A stretch of DNA of 64,000 nt from the IMG/VR virus record IMGVR_UViG_3300032170_000128, positions 3,072 through 67,071 of that record, one strand, 5' to 3'. The DNA is from a virus. Taxonomy: Duplodnaviria; Caudoviricetes. How positions within the stretch are numbered: position 1 is the stretch's first letter; the number at the start of each line of letters is the position of its first letter. A model generated the notes under the pieces. The model was not told where the DNA came from. It worked only from the letters and a program-made list of their open reading frames with translations, and ran no database searches. The position numbers and the translations under genes were made by a program. Shown here one piece after another: positions 36,667 through 45,214 of this stretch.

Positions 36667-37047
36667 TTATTTCTTCAATATAGCAATATAAAAATCTTTA
36701 TTCTTTTCATCCCGGACAATAGGATAAGCGATTTTCCCGATTTTTTCCACCTTCTCGTTTATCCTGAACTTATCAAAAAAACGCTTGCCGTTGATGACAA
36801 AACAACCCTCATACCTTTTGTTTTTACCGCCAATGTAATAAGAATCCAACACTCGTTCTTTCCAAAACCACAAGCCGACAGAACTGGTCTCACCATCAAA
36901 ATAGAGCACAACGAACTTGAATGCCTCGCCAATCTGCTCTTTTGCTATTTCGTTAATGACTATGTGTTGCTTCGTGAAGCTCAAATACGGCTCGTCATAC
37001 TTTGCTACAAGACCTCTTCTCGGATTAATAAATTTTTTAAACGCCAT
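36667..37047 (-). CDS. Paralog 1 of triplicated hypothetical protein (126 aa)
   Basis: MAFKKFI..., AGGAGG RBS; shares YDEPYL.FTK.H, VVLYFD.ET.SVGL.FWKER motifs with copies 2 and 3. Confidence 0.85.
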   Translation of the reverse strand: MAFKKFINPRRGLVAKYDEPYLSFTKQHIVINEIAKEQIGEAFKFVVLYFDGETSSVGLWFWKERVLDSYYIGGKNKRYEGCFVINGKRFFDKFRINEKVEKIGKIAYPIVRDEKNKDFYIAILKK

Positions 37048-37070
37048 TTGATACCTCCTTTTGATTTTAT

Positions 37071-37167
37071 AAAGCGGCGACAACCGGGAAAGATGCCCGG
37101 AAAACCCGGTGCATTTTCAGCAAAAGGGGGGTTAAGGTAGGAAGCATCTTTTTTTTGCCACCGCCTC
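37071..37167 (-). ncRNA. Candidate structured leader RNA, copy 1
   Basis: Closing stem GAGGCGGTGGC/GTCGCCGCTTT; AAAGATGC/GCATCTTT and ACCGGG/CCCGGT inner options. Confidence 0.45.
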
Positions 37168-37211
37168 ATTCTCTTCGATTCAGTCAATTCTAAACTCTTT
37201 GCTTCAACTGT

Positions 37212-37592
37212 TTATTTCTTCAATATGGCAGTATAAAAATCTTTATTCTTTTCATCCCGAACAAGAGGAAAAGAATCTTTCCCGACTTTTTGCACTATCT
37301 CGCGTATCCCGAACTTTTCAAAAAAACGATTGCTGTTGATGATAGAACTGCGCTTATATCTTTCGTTTTCGCCGCCAATGACATAGGAGTCTAACGCTCG
37401 TTCTTTCCAAAATCGCAAACCGACAGAATTGGTTTCATCATCAAAATAGAGTACAACGAACTTAAATTCCTTACCAATCTGCTCTTTTGCCGCCTTATTA
37501 AGGATCATATGGTGCTTCGTAAAGCTCAAATACGGCTCGTCATATGATGCTGCAGAACCTTTTCTCGGAACGATAAATTTTTTAAATGCCAT
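37212..37592 (-). CDS. Paralog 2 of triplicated hypothetical protein
   Basis: As above. Confidence 0.85.
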   Translation of the reverse strand: MAFKKFIVPRKGSAASYDEPYLSFTKHHMILNKAAKEQIGKEFKFVVLYFDDETNSVGLRFWKERALDSYVIGGENERYKRSSIINSNRFFEKFGIREIVQKVGKDSFPLVRDEKNKDFYTAILKK

Positions 37593-37614
37593 TTGATACC
37601 TCCTTTGTATTTAT

Positions 37615-37726
37615 AGAGCGACGGCAGTCGGGAAAGATGCCTAGAAAACCCGGCAATTTTGTCAGCAAAAGGGGGTTGATGATGGGAATCATCGGTAGGA
37701 AGCATCTTTTTTTTTGCCGCCGCCTC
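37615..37726 (-). ncRNA. Candidate structured leader RNA, copy 2
   Basis: Closing stem GCGGCGGC/GCCGTCGC; same inner elements plus GATGAT/ATCATC hairpin. Confidence 0.45.
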
Positions 37727-37882
37727 ATTTTCTTTCTTAAGGTTTTGGAGAGACATTCCGACTCTCCCCCAAATGCCGGAAAGAGATTCTTTCTATGGAA
37801 TTCCCAGAATCAATGCACTTCATGCTCTTCGATTCAGTCAACTCTAAACCTTTTGCTTCAACTTTTTCATTATTTCCTTTGC

Positions 37883-38266
37883 TTATTTCTTCAATACGAC
37901 AACATAAAAATTTTTCTTCTTTTCATCCCGGACAAGAGGGTAAGCGATTTTCCCGATTTTTTCCACTTTCTCGCTTATCCTGAACTTATCAAAAAAACGC
38001 TTGCCGTTGATGATAATACAATTCATATCTCTTTGTTTTTTACTGTCACCAATGCCATAGGAATCTACCACCCGTTCTTTCCAAAACCATAAGCCGACAG
38101 AACTGGTCTCATCATCAAAATAGAGCACAACGTATTTGAATGCCTCGCCAATCTGCTCTTTTGCTTTTTCGTTAAGAATCATATGGTGCTTCGTGAACCT
38201 CAAATACGGCTCGTCATACGATGCTACAAGGCCCCTTCTCGGAGCGATAAATTTTTTAAATGCCAT
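37883..38266 (-). CDS. Paralog 3 of triplicated hypothetical protein
   Basis: As above. Confidence 0.85.
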   Translation of the reverse strand: MAFKKFIAPRRGLVASYDEPYLRFTKHHMILNEKAKEQIGEAFKYVVLYFDDETSSVGLWFWKERVVDSYGIGDSKKQRDMNCIIINGKRFFDKFRISEKVEKIGKIAYPLVRDEKKKNFYVVVLKK

Positions 38267-38288
38267 TTGGTACCTCCTTTTTATTTAT

Positions 38289-38401
38289 GAGGCGGCGACA
38301 GCCGGGAAAGTTGCCCGGAAAACCCGGCAGTTGTCAGCAAAAGGGGGGTTTTGTTGATGGGAACTAATTGGTAGGGGGCATCTTTTTTTTGTCACCGCCT
38401 C
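38289..38401 (-). ncRNA. Candidate structured leader RNA, copy 3
   Basis: Closing stem GAGGCGGTGAC/GTCGCCGCCTC; GCCGGG/CCCGGC inner stem. Confidence 0.45.
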
Positions 38402-38536
38402 GTTTTCTTTTTGAAAGGTTTTTTGAAAGTTTCCCAACGTCTCCCCCAAATGCCGAGAAGAGATTCTTTTTTTGGAATTTACAGAATCAATGCACTTCAT
38501 GCTCTTTCGATTCAGTCAATCCCTTTTCTTCGAATT

Positions 38537-38565
38537 TTTATATCACCTTAAATCTAATTTGTCAA
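38537..38565 (-). promoter_or_regulatory. Strong sigma70 promoter for the triplicated cluster
   Basis: Minus strand TTGACA-17 nt-TATAAA with extended -10 TG. Confidence 0.75.
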
Positions 38566-38631
38566 CATAAAACCTCCATTTTTCGAGATGATTATTGGCA
38601 AGGAATATTAGAAAAAATTGACATTCCTTCT

Positions 38632-38892
38632 TCATTGATTGCTCTCATCCTCCAGAGTCCGCTCAGGTGCTGGCTTCACAGCCCTGAGATTCCATTCAAA
38701 GGCCTCCTCTCGTTGCAACAGGATGTCCTCGCTGAAGTATATGATCTTCTTGATGTCCTCCAGTTCGGCGTTGCGTTCCCTATGCCCCCGCTCCAGCTCC
38801 GTGTACGTGGCCCAAATCGCCAGCCAGCCGTAAAGGAAGCCAGCAAGAAAGCCCGATACGATGCCAATCCAGAAGCTTCGTTTCCTAGTCAT
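38632..38892 (-). CDS. Small membrane-anchored coiled-coil protein
   Basis: N-terminal TM FWIGIVSGFLAGFLYGWLAI; start revised to 38892. Confidence 0.6.
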   Translation of the reverse strand: MTRKRSFWIGIVSGFLAGFLYGWLAIWATYTELERGHRERNAELEDIKKIIYFSEDILLQREEAFEWNLRAVKPAPERTLEDESNQ

Positions 38893-38894
38893 TT

Positions 38895-39401
38895 TCAGCC
38901 TCCTGTCAGGGACGGGATATCCCAGTGATCCCCGACCTTTTGCATCTTCCGCACCCATGGTTCGAAAAGCATTTTCACCGGAATGCTTTTGGAATAAAAA
39001 TTCTTGTCCATGTCAATGAATTCATCGATTTCGAACATGAAAACAATATTCAATCTTCCTTTCGGCAGGAAGTCATTTTTCTTCCTCTGGCGGTCGGATA
39101 TTTTTTGGATTCTGTAATTGATTACAATGAGTGAACAAGCGCCATTCTCCTTGGCCTCTTTCAGATTGTTTACCTGCCCTTCCTTGACATCCTTGAAGGG
39201 GAAGCTCTCGAGCTGCGTTTTCAGCTTGAGTTCCATCGCATAGAACCGTCCGCCATGCAGAGCGTAGAAGTCGTAGGGCTTCTGAGGAATGAACCTTGCA
39301 TCTGCCGACCGTGGCATGTCTGGAACTTTTATGATATGGCATTTTGGGTGATAGAAGCGCCAACTGTCCCGCCATTCGTCTTGGAATATCTTCTCTCTCA
39401 T
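38895..39401 (-). CDS. RecU-like Holliday junction resolvase
   Basis: QKPYDF...YAMELK...Q..NLK...GACSLIVI PD-(D/E)xK pattern. Confidence 0.75.
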   Translation of the reverse strand: MREKIFQDEWRDSWRFYHPKCHIIKVPDMPRSADARFIPQKPYDFYALHGGRFYAMELKLKTQLESFPFKDVKEGQVNNLKEAKENGACSLIVINYRIQKISDRQRKKNDFLPKGRLNIVFMFEIDEFIDMDKNFYSKSIPVKMLFEPWVRKMQKVGDHWDIPSLTGG

Positions 39402-39643
39402 TTCTCCACCTCCATCCTCATTACCTTGCTCGCCTCCCGAAGATTGATCTTTTTCCCGCATCCTCGGCAGATATCCTCCATAATGAAAAGAAATCTTCCC
39501 TTGTCATTTTCATCATGGAAAGCCGGATAATTCAGTACAAGATTTCGGTCAGCATAAACCGTATCATCATTCATGAACAAATCCAGCGCACAGCCGTGGC
39601 AATAGATATCTCCCTCTACAGCTTTCATTTCTCCATCTCGCAA
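39398..39643 (-). CDS. Hypothetical Cys-containing protein
   Basis: CHGC...CRGC; ATGA overlaps. Confidence 0.55.
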   Translation of the reverse strand: MRDGEMKAVEGDIYCHGCALDLFMNDDTVYADRNLVLNYPAFHDENDKGRFLFIMEDICRGCGKKINLREASKVMRMEVEK

Positions 39644-40035
39644 CCTGCCTCTTCGAGCATATCTATGAGTTCTCTTACTATTGTTTCTTGGCTAAATTCC
39701 ATCATTTTTGTGATGTTCAGTATATCGGCATATTTTTTTATCAGTTCCCTGCTCACCTTCAGCTTCCTCACCGGGGCTTCCTTGATTGCCTTCGCAACCT
39801 GTTCTGGATATTTTTTGACAACCTCTTCAATGGTCAACCCTCTCAGTTCAGGTCTCTTGCTCAATTTCACTGCCCCGATGCCAGGAAATACCACCGTGTG
39901 TTCCTCGCTCGGCTTCCTCATCGAGGCTTCGTTTAGTAGAGTGCAGATGAAGTTTCGGCAATCAACCATATTCCACCGAGTGCTGAAATCGTATAGCCTG
40001 CTCGCCTTTTCCTCAATCCACTCCTTGTCGTTCAT
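39625..40035 (-). CDS. Hypothetical protein (shared EAP.RK..VS module)
   Basis: GGAGG RBS; module shared with 40032 and 43651 ORFs. Confidence 0.7.
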   Translation of the reverse strand: MNDKEWIEEKASRLYDFSTRWNMVDCRNFICTLLNEASMRKPSEEHTVVFPGIGAVKLSKRPELRGLTIEEVVKKYPEQVAKAIKEAPVRKLKVSRELIKKYADILNITKMMEFSQETIVRELIDMLEEAGCEMEK

Positions 40036-40448
40036 TTGCCCTCCACCTCCACATCTATTGTTTTTAAATAATCAATTATCATTCCCTTAACCTCATAAGA
40101 TTCTGGATGGCAATTTTGATAGTTCTTCCATTCGGAATCAACAAAATCCGACACCATCCCAATGCTCACTTTCGGCTTCCGCATCGGGGCTTCCTTGAGT
40201 AGGTTGCGGATGAAGTCCTCAACTATTTTGTGGCTAAACATTGGATAATCTTTGTTGAGTTCGATAATAAATTCTCTTCTTTTCTCCTTAATCCACTCCT
40301 CGCTCGGCTCTGCCTGTGCTTCGATGAGGGATTTGATTTGCAAGTATGCCCTTGCACATTCAGAGCCTTTTTTACAATCATGACAATCATGATTATAGGC
40401 ACATTCATTCAGCCACTTACTTAGCCACTTACTCAGTTTTTTACTCAT
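40032..40448 (-). CDS. Hypothetical protein with Cys cluster (shared module)
   Basis: CAYNHDCHDC...EC; start revised to 40448. Confidence 0.65.
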   Translation of the reverse strand: MSKKLSKWLSKWLNECAYNHDCHDCKKGSECARAYLQIKSLIEAQAEPSEEWIKEKRREFIIELNKDYPMFSHKIVEDFIRNLLKEAPMRKPKVSIGMVSDFVDSEWKNYQNCHPESYEVKGMIIDYLKTIDVEVEGK

Positions 40449-40707
40449 CTTTGGTCTTCTTCTCCTCGTTGTGCCTGTCGAGCTCTTCCCTTGTCCTCCT
40501 CCAGAAATCAAAGGCCTTCTGGAAGTAGTCTTTGGTTTCTCTCTCTAACCCCTGATTCGAATAGCGCTCTGCGTTCATGGCTCTTTCTTCGAAAATGTCG
40601 ACCAGCTCCGATAGCACAGCGGGGGAGATAGGCAGGTAGAGAACGTCGTTGAAGAAACAACCCTCTTTCTTGCCTAGCCCGACTTTACACTCTTTGAATT
40701 CACTCAT
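40441..40707 (-). CDS. Hypothetical protein
   Basis: In-operon ORF overlapping neighbours. Confidence 0.65.
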   Translation of the reverse strand: MSEFKECKVGLGKKEGCFFNDVLYLPISPAVLSELVDIFEERAMNAERYSNQGLERETKDYFQKAFDFWRRTREELDRHNEEKKTKDE

Positions 40708-41045
40708 TCATTCCTCCCGATTTTTTTTCTCATTTCTTTTGTTCGTGCTATGATATACCCCTTCAGGCTATTTCTGTTGTCTTGATTCAGTGTCGTCACA
40801 TATTCTAATCGTCTTATAAACTCCCTTCTCAACATCAAATACATATCCTTTTTCAGTGTCTTCTCAAGGTTGCATTTTTTAAGCTTCCTGATGTCTCTAT
40901 TCAGGAAACACACAATAGTGTCCGCCCTTTTCCGCCCCACCTTATTTTCATCTTGTCCCAACATAATGTACAAATACTTGAGACATGGATAATTATTGTA
41001 TTGTTCTATGTCTCTCATGTTATTTCTCCTCCTTTTCCTCGCCAC
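40704..41045 (-). CDS. Hypothetical protein (start uncertain)
   Basis: AT-rich in-operon ORF. Confidence 0.55.
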   Translation of the reverse strand: MARKRRRNNMRDIEQYNNYPCLKYLYIMLGQDENKVGRKRADTIVCFLNRDIRKLKKCNLEKTLKKDMYLMLRREFIRRLEYVTTLNQDNRNSLKGYIIARTKEMRKKIGRNE

Positions 41046-41359
41046 CGTCGCCGACTGAATTCGTCCGCTTCCCTTTGTCGCTCTTTTAGATGCGATTCCT
41101 CTTCGCTAGGCTTTTTTCCAAGCTCGTCTTTCAAGAGCCATGCCACCAATGCCCAATTTCTTAGACTGGCACCTGGGAATGCCGATAACCCCTTAACCAT
41201 CGATGGCTCCTCATAGCAGGCGATGGTATAGCTATCGCCACCGCCTAGGCCGAAGACCAATTCGCAGTTCTTAATCGGGTCTATCTCCTGCTCGGCACAG
41301 AATACGACCCACTCCTTCCAGTTAAGGCGATATATCTTCCCTGCTCTTAAATCTCTCAT
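41015..41359 (-). CDS. Hypothetical protein
   Basis: AAGGAGGAG RBS. Confidence 0.65.
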   Translation of the reverse strand: MRDLRAGKIYRLNWKEWVVFCAEQEIDPIKNCELVFGLGGGDSYTIACYEEPSMVKGLSAFPGASLRNWALVAWLLKDELGKKPSEEESHLKERQREADEFSRRRWRGKGGEIT

Positions 41360-41507
41360 CTCTCCTCCTTCGCTAAATCTGTGAGCTTCCCTGAGAGGAG
41401 GGGGTCAGGTGACCCCCTCCACGCAGACACAAAAACTCCTGTCTCAATTCTTTCTGCGTGAGTTACCACCTCCTCTCGTCTTGGATTTATTCTGCTGAAA
41501 ATCATAT

Positions 41508-43487
41508 TCATTTCCTTAACAAAACCAATATGCTGTCTTTTTCCAGCCCTTCCGGTGACAAGTCGATATCGCTCGCATCTTTCTCGTCGACAATCTTGGC
41601 TCCCGCCTTTGTCAGAACATCTTCCAGATCAATGGCATTCTCGTAAAAGCCGAAGAGATATTTCCTGCTATGCTCTGCAACTTCTGAATTGGAAGAGGTT
41701 ATTGAATTGCCAATGGATGTCTCAGTGAAGTAGAACCTGCATTCATCGAAAGTCGTGACCAACAATCCCAGTATCTTTTCTTTCTGATTGATCTTTGAAT
41801 TGGCTACCGATATGAGATTATTGGGATTCACCATGTAATTCTTCCTAAAATCTCTCGCCTTCTCTTGGGCCACAATTATTTTAAATGGTACTTCTACCTC
41901 TTCTTCAAAATTATAGTAATTGACAAAAAGTATCAGGGCTTCTTTCCTCTGTCTTTTTACATAAAATAATTCAGTAGCACCATTTGGTCCCCGAGCATCT
42001 GTGATATCGCCAGAAAACAATATGCTTCCCCCCTCCGTCCTGTAGTCTGAATCCCAACCAATCTTCCCTTCTGTCGGAGAAATGACCGATAAATCCAAAT
42101 CAATTGTGTGTCCCTTGACGTTTTTCCAATGAATGCCGAAGATTATATCCTTGGGGATTGACACATAAGTTCCCGATGGGAAGTTGCCCGTGAACTGTTT
42201 CTCGGTAGCCGGCAGGCTATAGTGCATATAGTCTGGGATATAAATCCTTTTGCCCTTTACATTCTTACTGACATCTTTTACTATCGAATCTACGACAACA
42301 TCCAGAATATGTTTAGCAGAATACTTGTGTTCAAATGAAAAATCAGTAGCATATCCTTTTCCATTTCTTACCCGATAAAGAATCGAATCGACATCTTTTG
42401 TTCTGTATTTCAGGGCATAGGCCAATCTGATTTTTCTAAAAACATTGACTCTTTCCAACTCAGCTTTAAGGTTCACAAGAGAATCGGCAGGGATTTGTTT
42501 CAATTTCGCAGTAACAGTATTAAGATAGTCTTCGGGCATTGGCTTGTGGTGCTTCACGGCCAGTTTCCTCATCTTGTTTATTACTGGCTTCATGTTTTTA
42601 CTAGATTTGAATGCCAAGAAAATCGGTTTGAACCTGTAGAATATCTCAGCCAATTTTTCCAACCCATCCACCATTATGTATTTGGCGAACAAAACATTGA
42701 TCGTTTTGCTATCCGCTTCCTTGATTTTTTCTATCAAGACTTTGTTTTTTATCAACAGAGTTCCCCCCGTAGCCTTGTAAATCACATACCTTAAGAACTC
42801 AGTCGGGTTTGCGGGAACGAGTTTCAGGTGGTCGTAAAGGGCGGACTTCACTTCCTTGTTCTTGATTTTCTCGATGTCAGTCTCCTCTATCCCCACAAAT
42901 ACGGCAATCTCAACGACATCCTTTATCGTGTCCTCACCCAAAGCAATCCCAGAACCGATCAAATCCATCAGTTTTGCCTTCAGCTCTTTTTTTGTGTATC
43001 CTTTTATGACAACCAGCCTTATGTCATCCATGTCCATATCGGGTATTTCCAATTTTTCTTTCGGGATATAGACGTAATTTTCTTCCCGGATCTTGCTTGA
43101 CTCGAAATCTTCCAGCTCGATTATTTTCTCAGCTAAATTATCTACCTCCCATTGTTCCTCTTTTTCTATCAAATACTCCTTGGGCTGCTCTTTGCCGTAG
43201 GTTGTGAGGTAGTGTGCTATTTGCTCGACCACCAATTGTTCCATGTCGGCTTCTTTTATTTTGACCCAGGACTTATGAAACGAGTTGTTCAGCTTTTCAG
43301 CGGTTATGCCATATATTTCTTCCACCAACCGAATCAGCTCATCATAATTCGAGTAATTATAGATGACCTCTGGAGAAAATATATACCCTCGCCTGATGGT
43401 TTTTTCCAATAATTCCTTATTGGCTTTCTTTCGTTTTGTTTTTACCGGAACTGCCTTGAATAATCTGATTGTTGATTTCATGGTCAT
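41508..43487 (-). CDS. 659-aa protein with C-terminal TerD-like domain
   Basis: GIHW...IDLDLSV...GWD...LFSGDITDARGPNGATE resembles the TerD core; N-terminal helical region. Confidence 0.6.
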   Translation of the reverse strand: MTMKSTIRLFKAVPVKTKRKKANKELLEKTIRRGYIFSPEVIYNYSNYDELIRLVEEIYGITAEKLNNSFHKSWVKIKEADMEQLVVEQIAHYLTTYGKEQPKEYLIEKEEQWEVDNLAEKIIELEDFESSKIREENYVYIPKEKLEIPDMDMDDIRLVVIKGYTKKELKAKLMDLIGSGIALGEDTIKDVVEIAVFVGIEETDIEKIKNKEVKSALYDHLKLVPANPTEFLRYVIYKATGGTLLIKNKVLIEKIKEADSKTINVLFAKYIMVDGLEKLAEIFYRFKPIFLAFKSSKNMKPVINKMRKLAVKHHKPMPEDYLNTVTAKLKQIPADSLVNLKAELERVNVFRKIRLAYALKYRTKDVDSILYRVRNGKGYATDFSFEHKYSAKHILDVVVDSIVKDVSKNVKGKRIYIPDYMHYSLPATEKQFTGNFPSGTYVSIPKDIIFGIHWKNVKGHTIDLDLSVISPTEGKIGWDSDYRTEGGSILFSGDITDARGPNGATELFYVKRQRKEALILFVNYYNFEEEVEVPFKIIVAQEKARDFRKNYMVNPNNLISVANSKINQKEKILGLLVTTFDECRFYFTETSIGNSITSSNSEVAEHSRKYLFGFYENAIDLEDVLTKAGAKIVDEKDASDIDLSPEGLEKDSILVLLRK

Positions 43488-43497
43488 TGTTTAATGA

Positions 43498-43647
43498 AGG
43501 AGGAGAATTGACGGCGGGCAGTAAACGCCGAATGTTTAATAGGAACTGCGTATGCCATCAATTTCCTCCTTGCTGATTTGTCATTGGCGGCGGGTGGTAT
43601 TCAGATGTGGTTAGACATTTGCATAGGAACCGCCTGTGCCACCAATG
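43498..43647 (-). ncRNA. Two tandem hairpin elements sharing a GTTCCTAT core
   Basis: Stems CATTGGTGGC/GCCGCCAATG and AATTGATGGC/GCCGTCAATT (G-U pairs work on - strand); both contain GTTCCTAT. Confidence 0.45.
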
Positions 43648-43650
43648 TTT

Positions 43651-44094
43651 TCATTTCTTAACCTCCACTCCTGCTTCCTCAAAAACCACACACAAATAAG
43701 TTTCATCCACATGCCCCTTTTCTATATCTTTCATAATTGCCTTGATGATATTCATGCTCACCTTCGACTTCCTCATCGGGACTTCCTTTAAGGTATCGTA
43801 TTCAGCCAATGTTTCTTTGAGAGTGTGTAGTATATTGCTTTCATGGAAAGCCTCTATCAAAGCTATTGTTCGTCTCTGTAAAAACTCCTCCATCTTCGCT
43901 TCGTCCATACTGATGGGCTTCTGCAAGATGAGGGACTTGATTTGATGAAAAGCTCGGATGCTACGCTTAAAAAATTCTGAATTCTTAATCTCGTCCCATT
44001 TCCTTCTATATCTCTTTCCTCGCAGATAAAGCTCACTTCTTATCGCCATAGCTTCAAGTTCCTTCAAAAGCATCTCTTGGCTAAGTTCTTTCAT
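43651..44094 (-). CDS. Hypothetical protein (shared module)
   Basis: EVPMRKSKVS and QIKSLI shared with 39625/40032 ORFs. Confidence 0.65.
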   Translation of the reverse strand: MKELSQEMLLKELEAMAIRSELYLRGKRYRRKWDEIKNSEFFKRSIRAFHQIKSLILQKPISMDEAKMEEFLQRRTIALIEAFHESNILHTLKETLAEYDTLKEVPMRKSKVSMNIIKAIMKDIEKGHVDETYLCVVFEEAGVEVKK

Positions 44095-44278
44095 TTTCCG
44101 ACCTTCTTATAATCGATTGCAATTTTTTGAATTTTTTATAGGCTATTCTCAATTCTTCTCCCTGTGCCTTCCTCACGAATTCGCCACAGTTGGCACAATT
44201 GACGGCACCGAAAGAACAGACAAACAAACTCCCCGGCACTCCGCAATGGGGACAATTTTCCTTTCTCAGCTTACTCAT
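44081..44278 (-). CDS. Small Zn-ribbon protein
   Basis: CPHC...C...CANC. Confidence 0.6.
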   Translation of the reverse strand: MSKLRKENCPHCGVPGSLFVCSFGAVNCANCGEFVRKAQGEELRIAYKKFKKLQSIIRRSENERT

Positions 44279-44442
44279 CTTCTCCTCCTTAAGGCATTAC
44301 GACTTATAATCTCTTGCTGTCCATTATCAAATTCTACCAATGCGCTATTCATCTTTCCCCTTGCTAACACTCGACACTGTTTTCCACATAAAGATTGTCG
44401 TTTTGAATTATTCTTCCATCCATAAATGTATTTAGTTGACAT
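44275..44442 (-). CDS. Small hypothetical protein, 55 aa (not in ORF track)
   Basis: MSTKYIYGWKNNSKRQSLCGKQCRVLARGKMNSALVEFDNGQQEIISRNALRRRR; ATGA overlap downstream. Confidence 0.6.
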   Translation of the reverse strand: MSTKYIYGWKNNSKRQSLCGKQCRVLARGKMNSALVEFDNGQQEIISRNALRRRR

Positions 44443-44450
44443 AAAACTAA

Positions 44451-44711
44451 TTATTCGACACTGAATTTTTTGATTGGTTGTTTATCTTTCAGATATTCAT
44501 CCAAAAGAGCTCCTATGGCTTGGCAAATTCTCATCAGACCCACTGCCACGACTGTCATCTCCTCAAAAGGATACTCATGTTTTTTGGGTATGTGCATTTC
44601 TAACTGCCCATCTTTGCCTGAAATTTTAAACGCCCAATCTTCCTTGCCTATGTGCATTCGGCTCATCTCATCCTCCTCAACAAGTAAAGAGTCCCAAAAC
44701 CAAGAACGCAA
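44451..44711 (-). CDS. Hypothetical protein (start uncertain)
   Basis: In-operon ORF. Confidence 0.5.
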   Translation of the reverse strand: MRSWFWDSLLVEEDEMSRMHIGKEDWAFKISGKDGQLEMHIPKKHEYPFEEMTVVAVGLMRICQAIGALLDEYLKDKQPIKKFSVE

Positions 44712-44774
44712 AGATCAACAGCCAGAAAACGAGGTTCCATGAGGACTCTTTAGGTTCAGTCATTGTTGTCTTCT

Positions 44775-44999
44775 TCAGGCCAGCTCCCTCAGAATCGGTC
44801 TCTTTCTCTCCTCGTCCGCATACCCCGTGCAATATCTCCACTTCCCGCCTTTGCCCCGGTGGACATGGCGTGTCCGCAGTATGCCGTTGCCGTACTCCGT
44901 TATGACCTCCATCCGCAAGCCATCCTTGCTCCTACTGATTACTCTTTTAATTTCCATCCGTCTCCTCCATTGGTTGATGCGGTTAATTTGGCACGGCAA
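44775..44999 (-). CDS. Hypothetical protein (start probably internal)
   Basis: In-operon ORF; GGAG before MEIKRV. Confidence 0.45.
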   Translation of the reverse strand: MPCQINRINQWRRRMEIKRVISRSKDGLRMEVITEYGNGILRTRHVHRGKGGKWRYCTGYADEERKRPILRELA

Positions 45000-45172
45000 T
45001 TATGGAATCCGTATTTGTCGGTTCGTTTTATACCTCTATTGAAAAACGTGCCTTTATTAAAAAACCATGCCAGCCACCTACGCTTGCCAAATCGGTCTTT
45101 GCCGAACCAAGGAATGATTAATCGTCCATAAGAAAATAACAGGTCATGAATTTTATTGAATGGCAAATTCAT
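44939..45172 (-). CDS. Hypothetical protein
   Basis: AAGGAGGAG RBS. Confidence 0.5.
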   Translation of the reverse strand: MNLPFNKIHDLLFSYGRLIIPWFGKDRFGKRRWLAWFFNKGTFFNRGIKRTDKYGFHNCRAKLTASTNGGDGWKLKE

Positions 45173-45214
45173 CTTCTCCTCCTTTATTTAGATTCCGATC
45201 CACGACGGCTTTGC

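Larger units (their letters stand above)
36655..38520 (-). repeat. Tandem triplication of gene plus leader
   Basis: Both coding and upstream non-coding sequence recur three times (e.g. TCAGCAAAAGGGGG, TCGATTCAGTCAA, TACCTCCTT). Confidence 0.9.

Noticed and set aside
41397-41420. Perfect hairpin GGAGGGGGTC-AGGT-GACCCCCTCC
   Set aside because: No U tract and no second copy; function cannot be supported.
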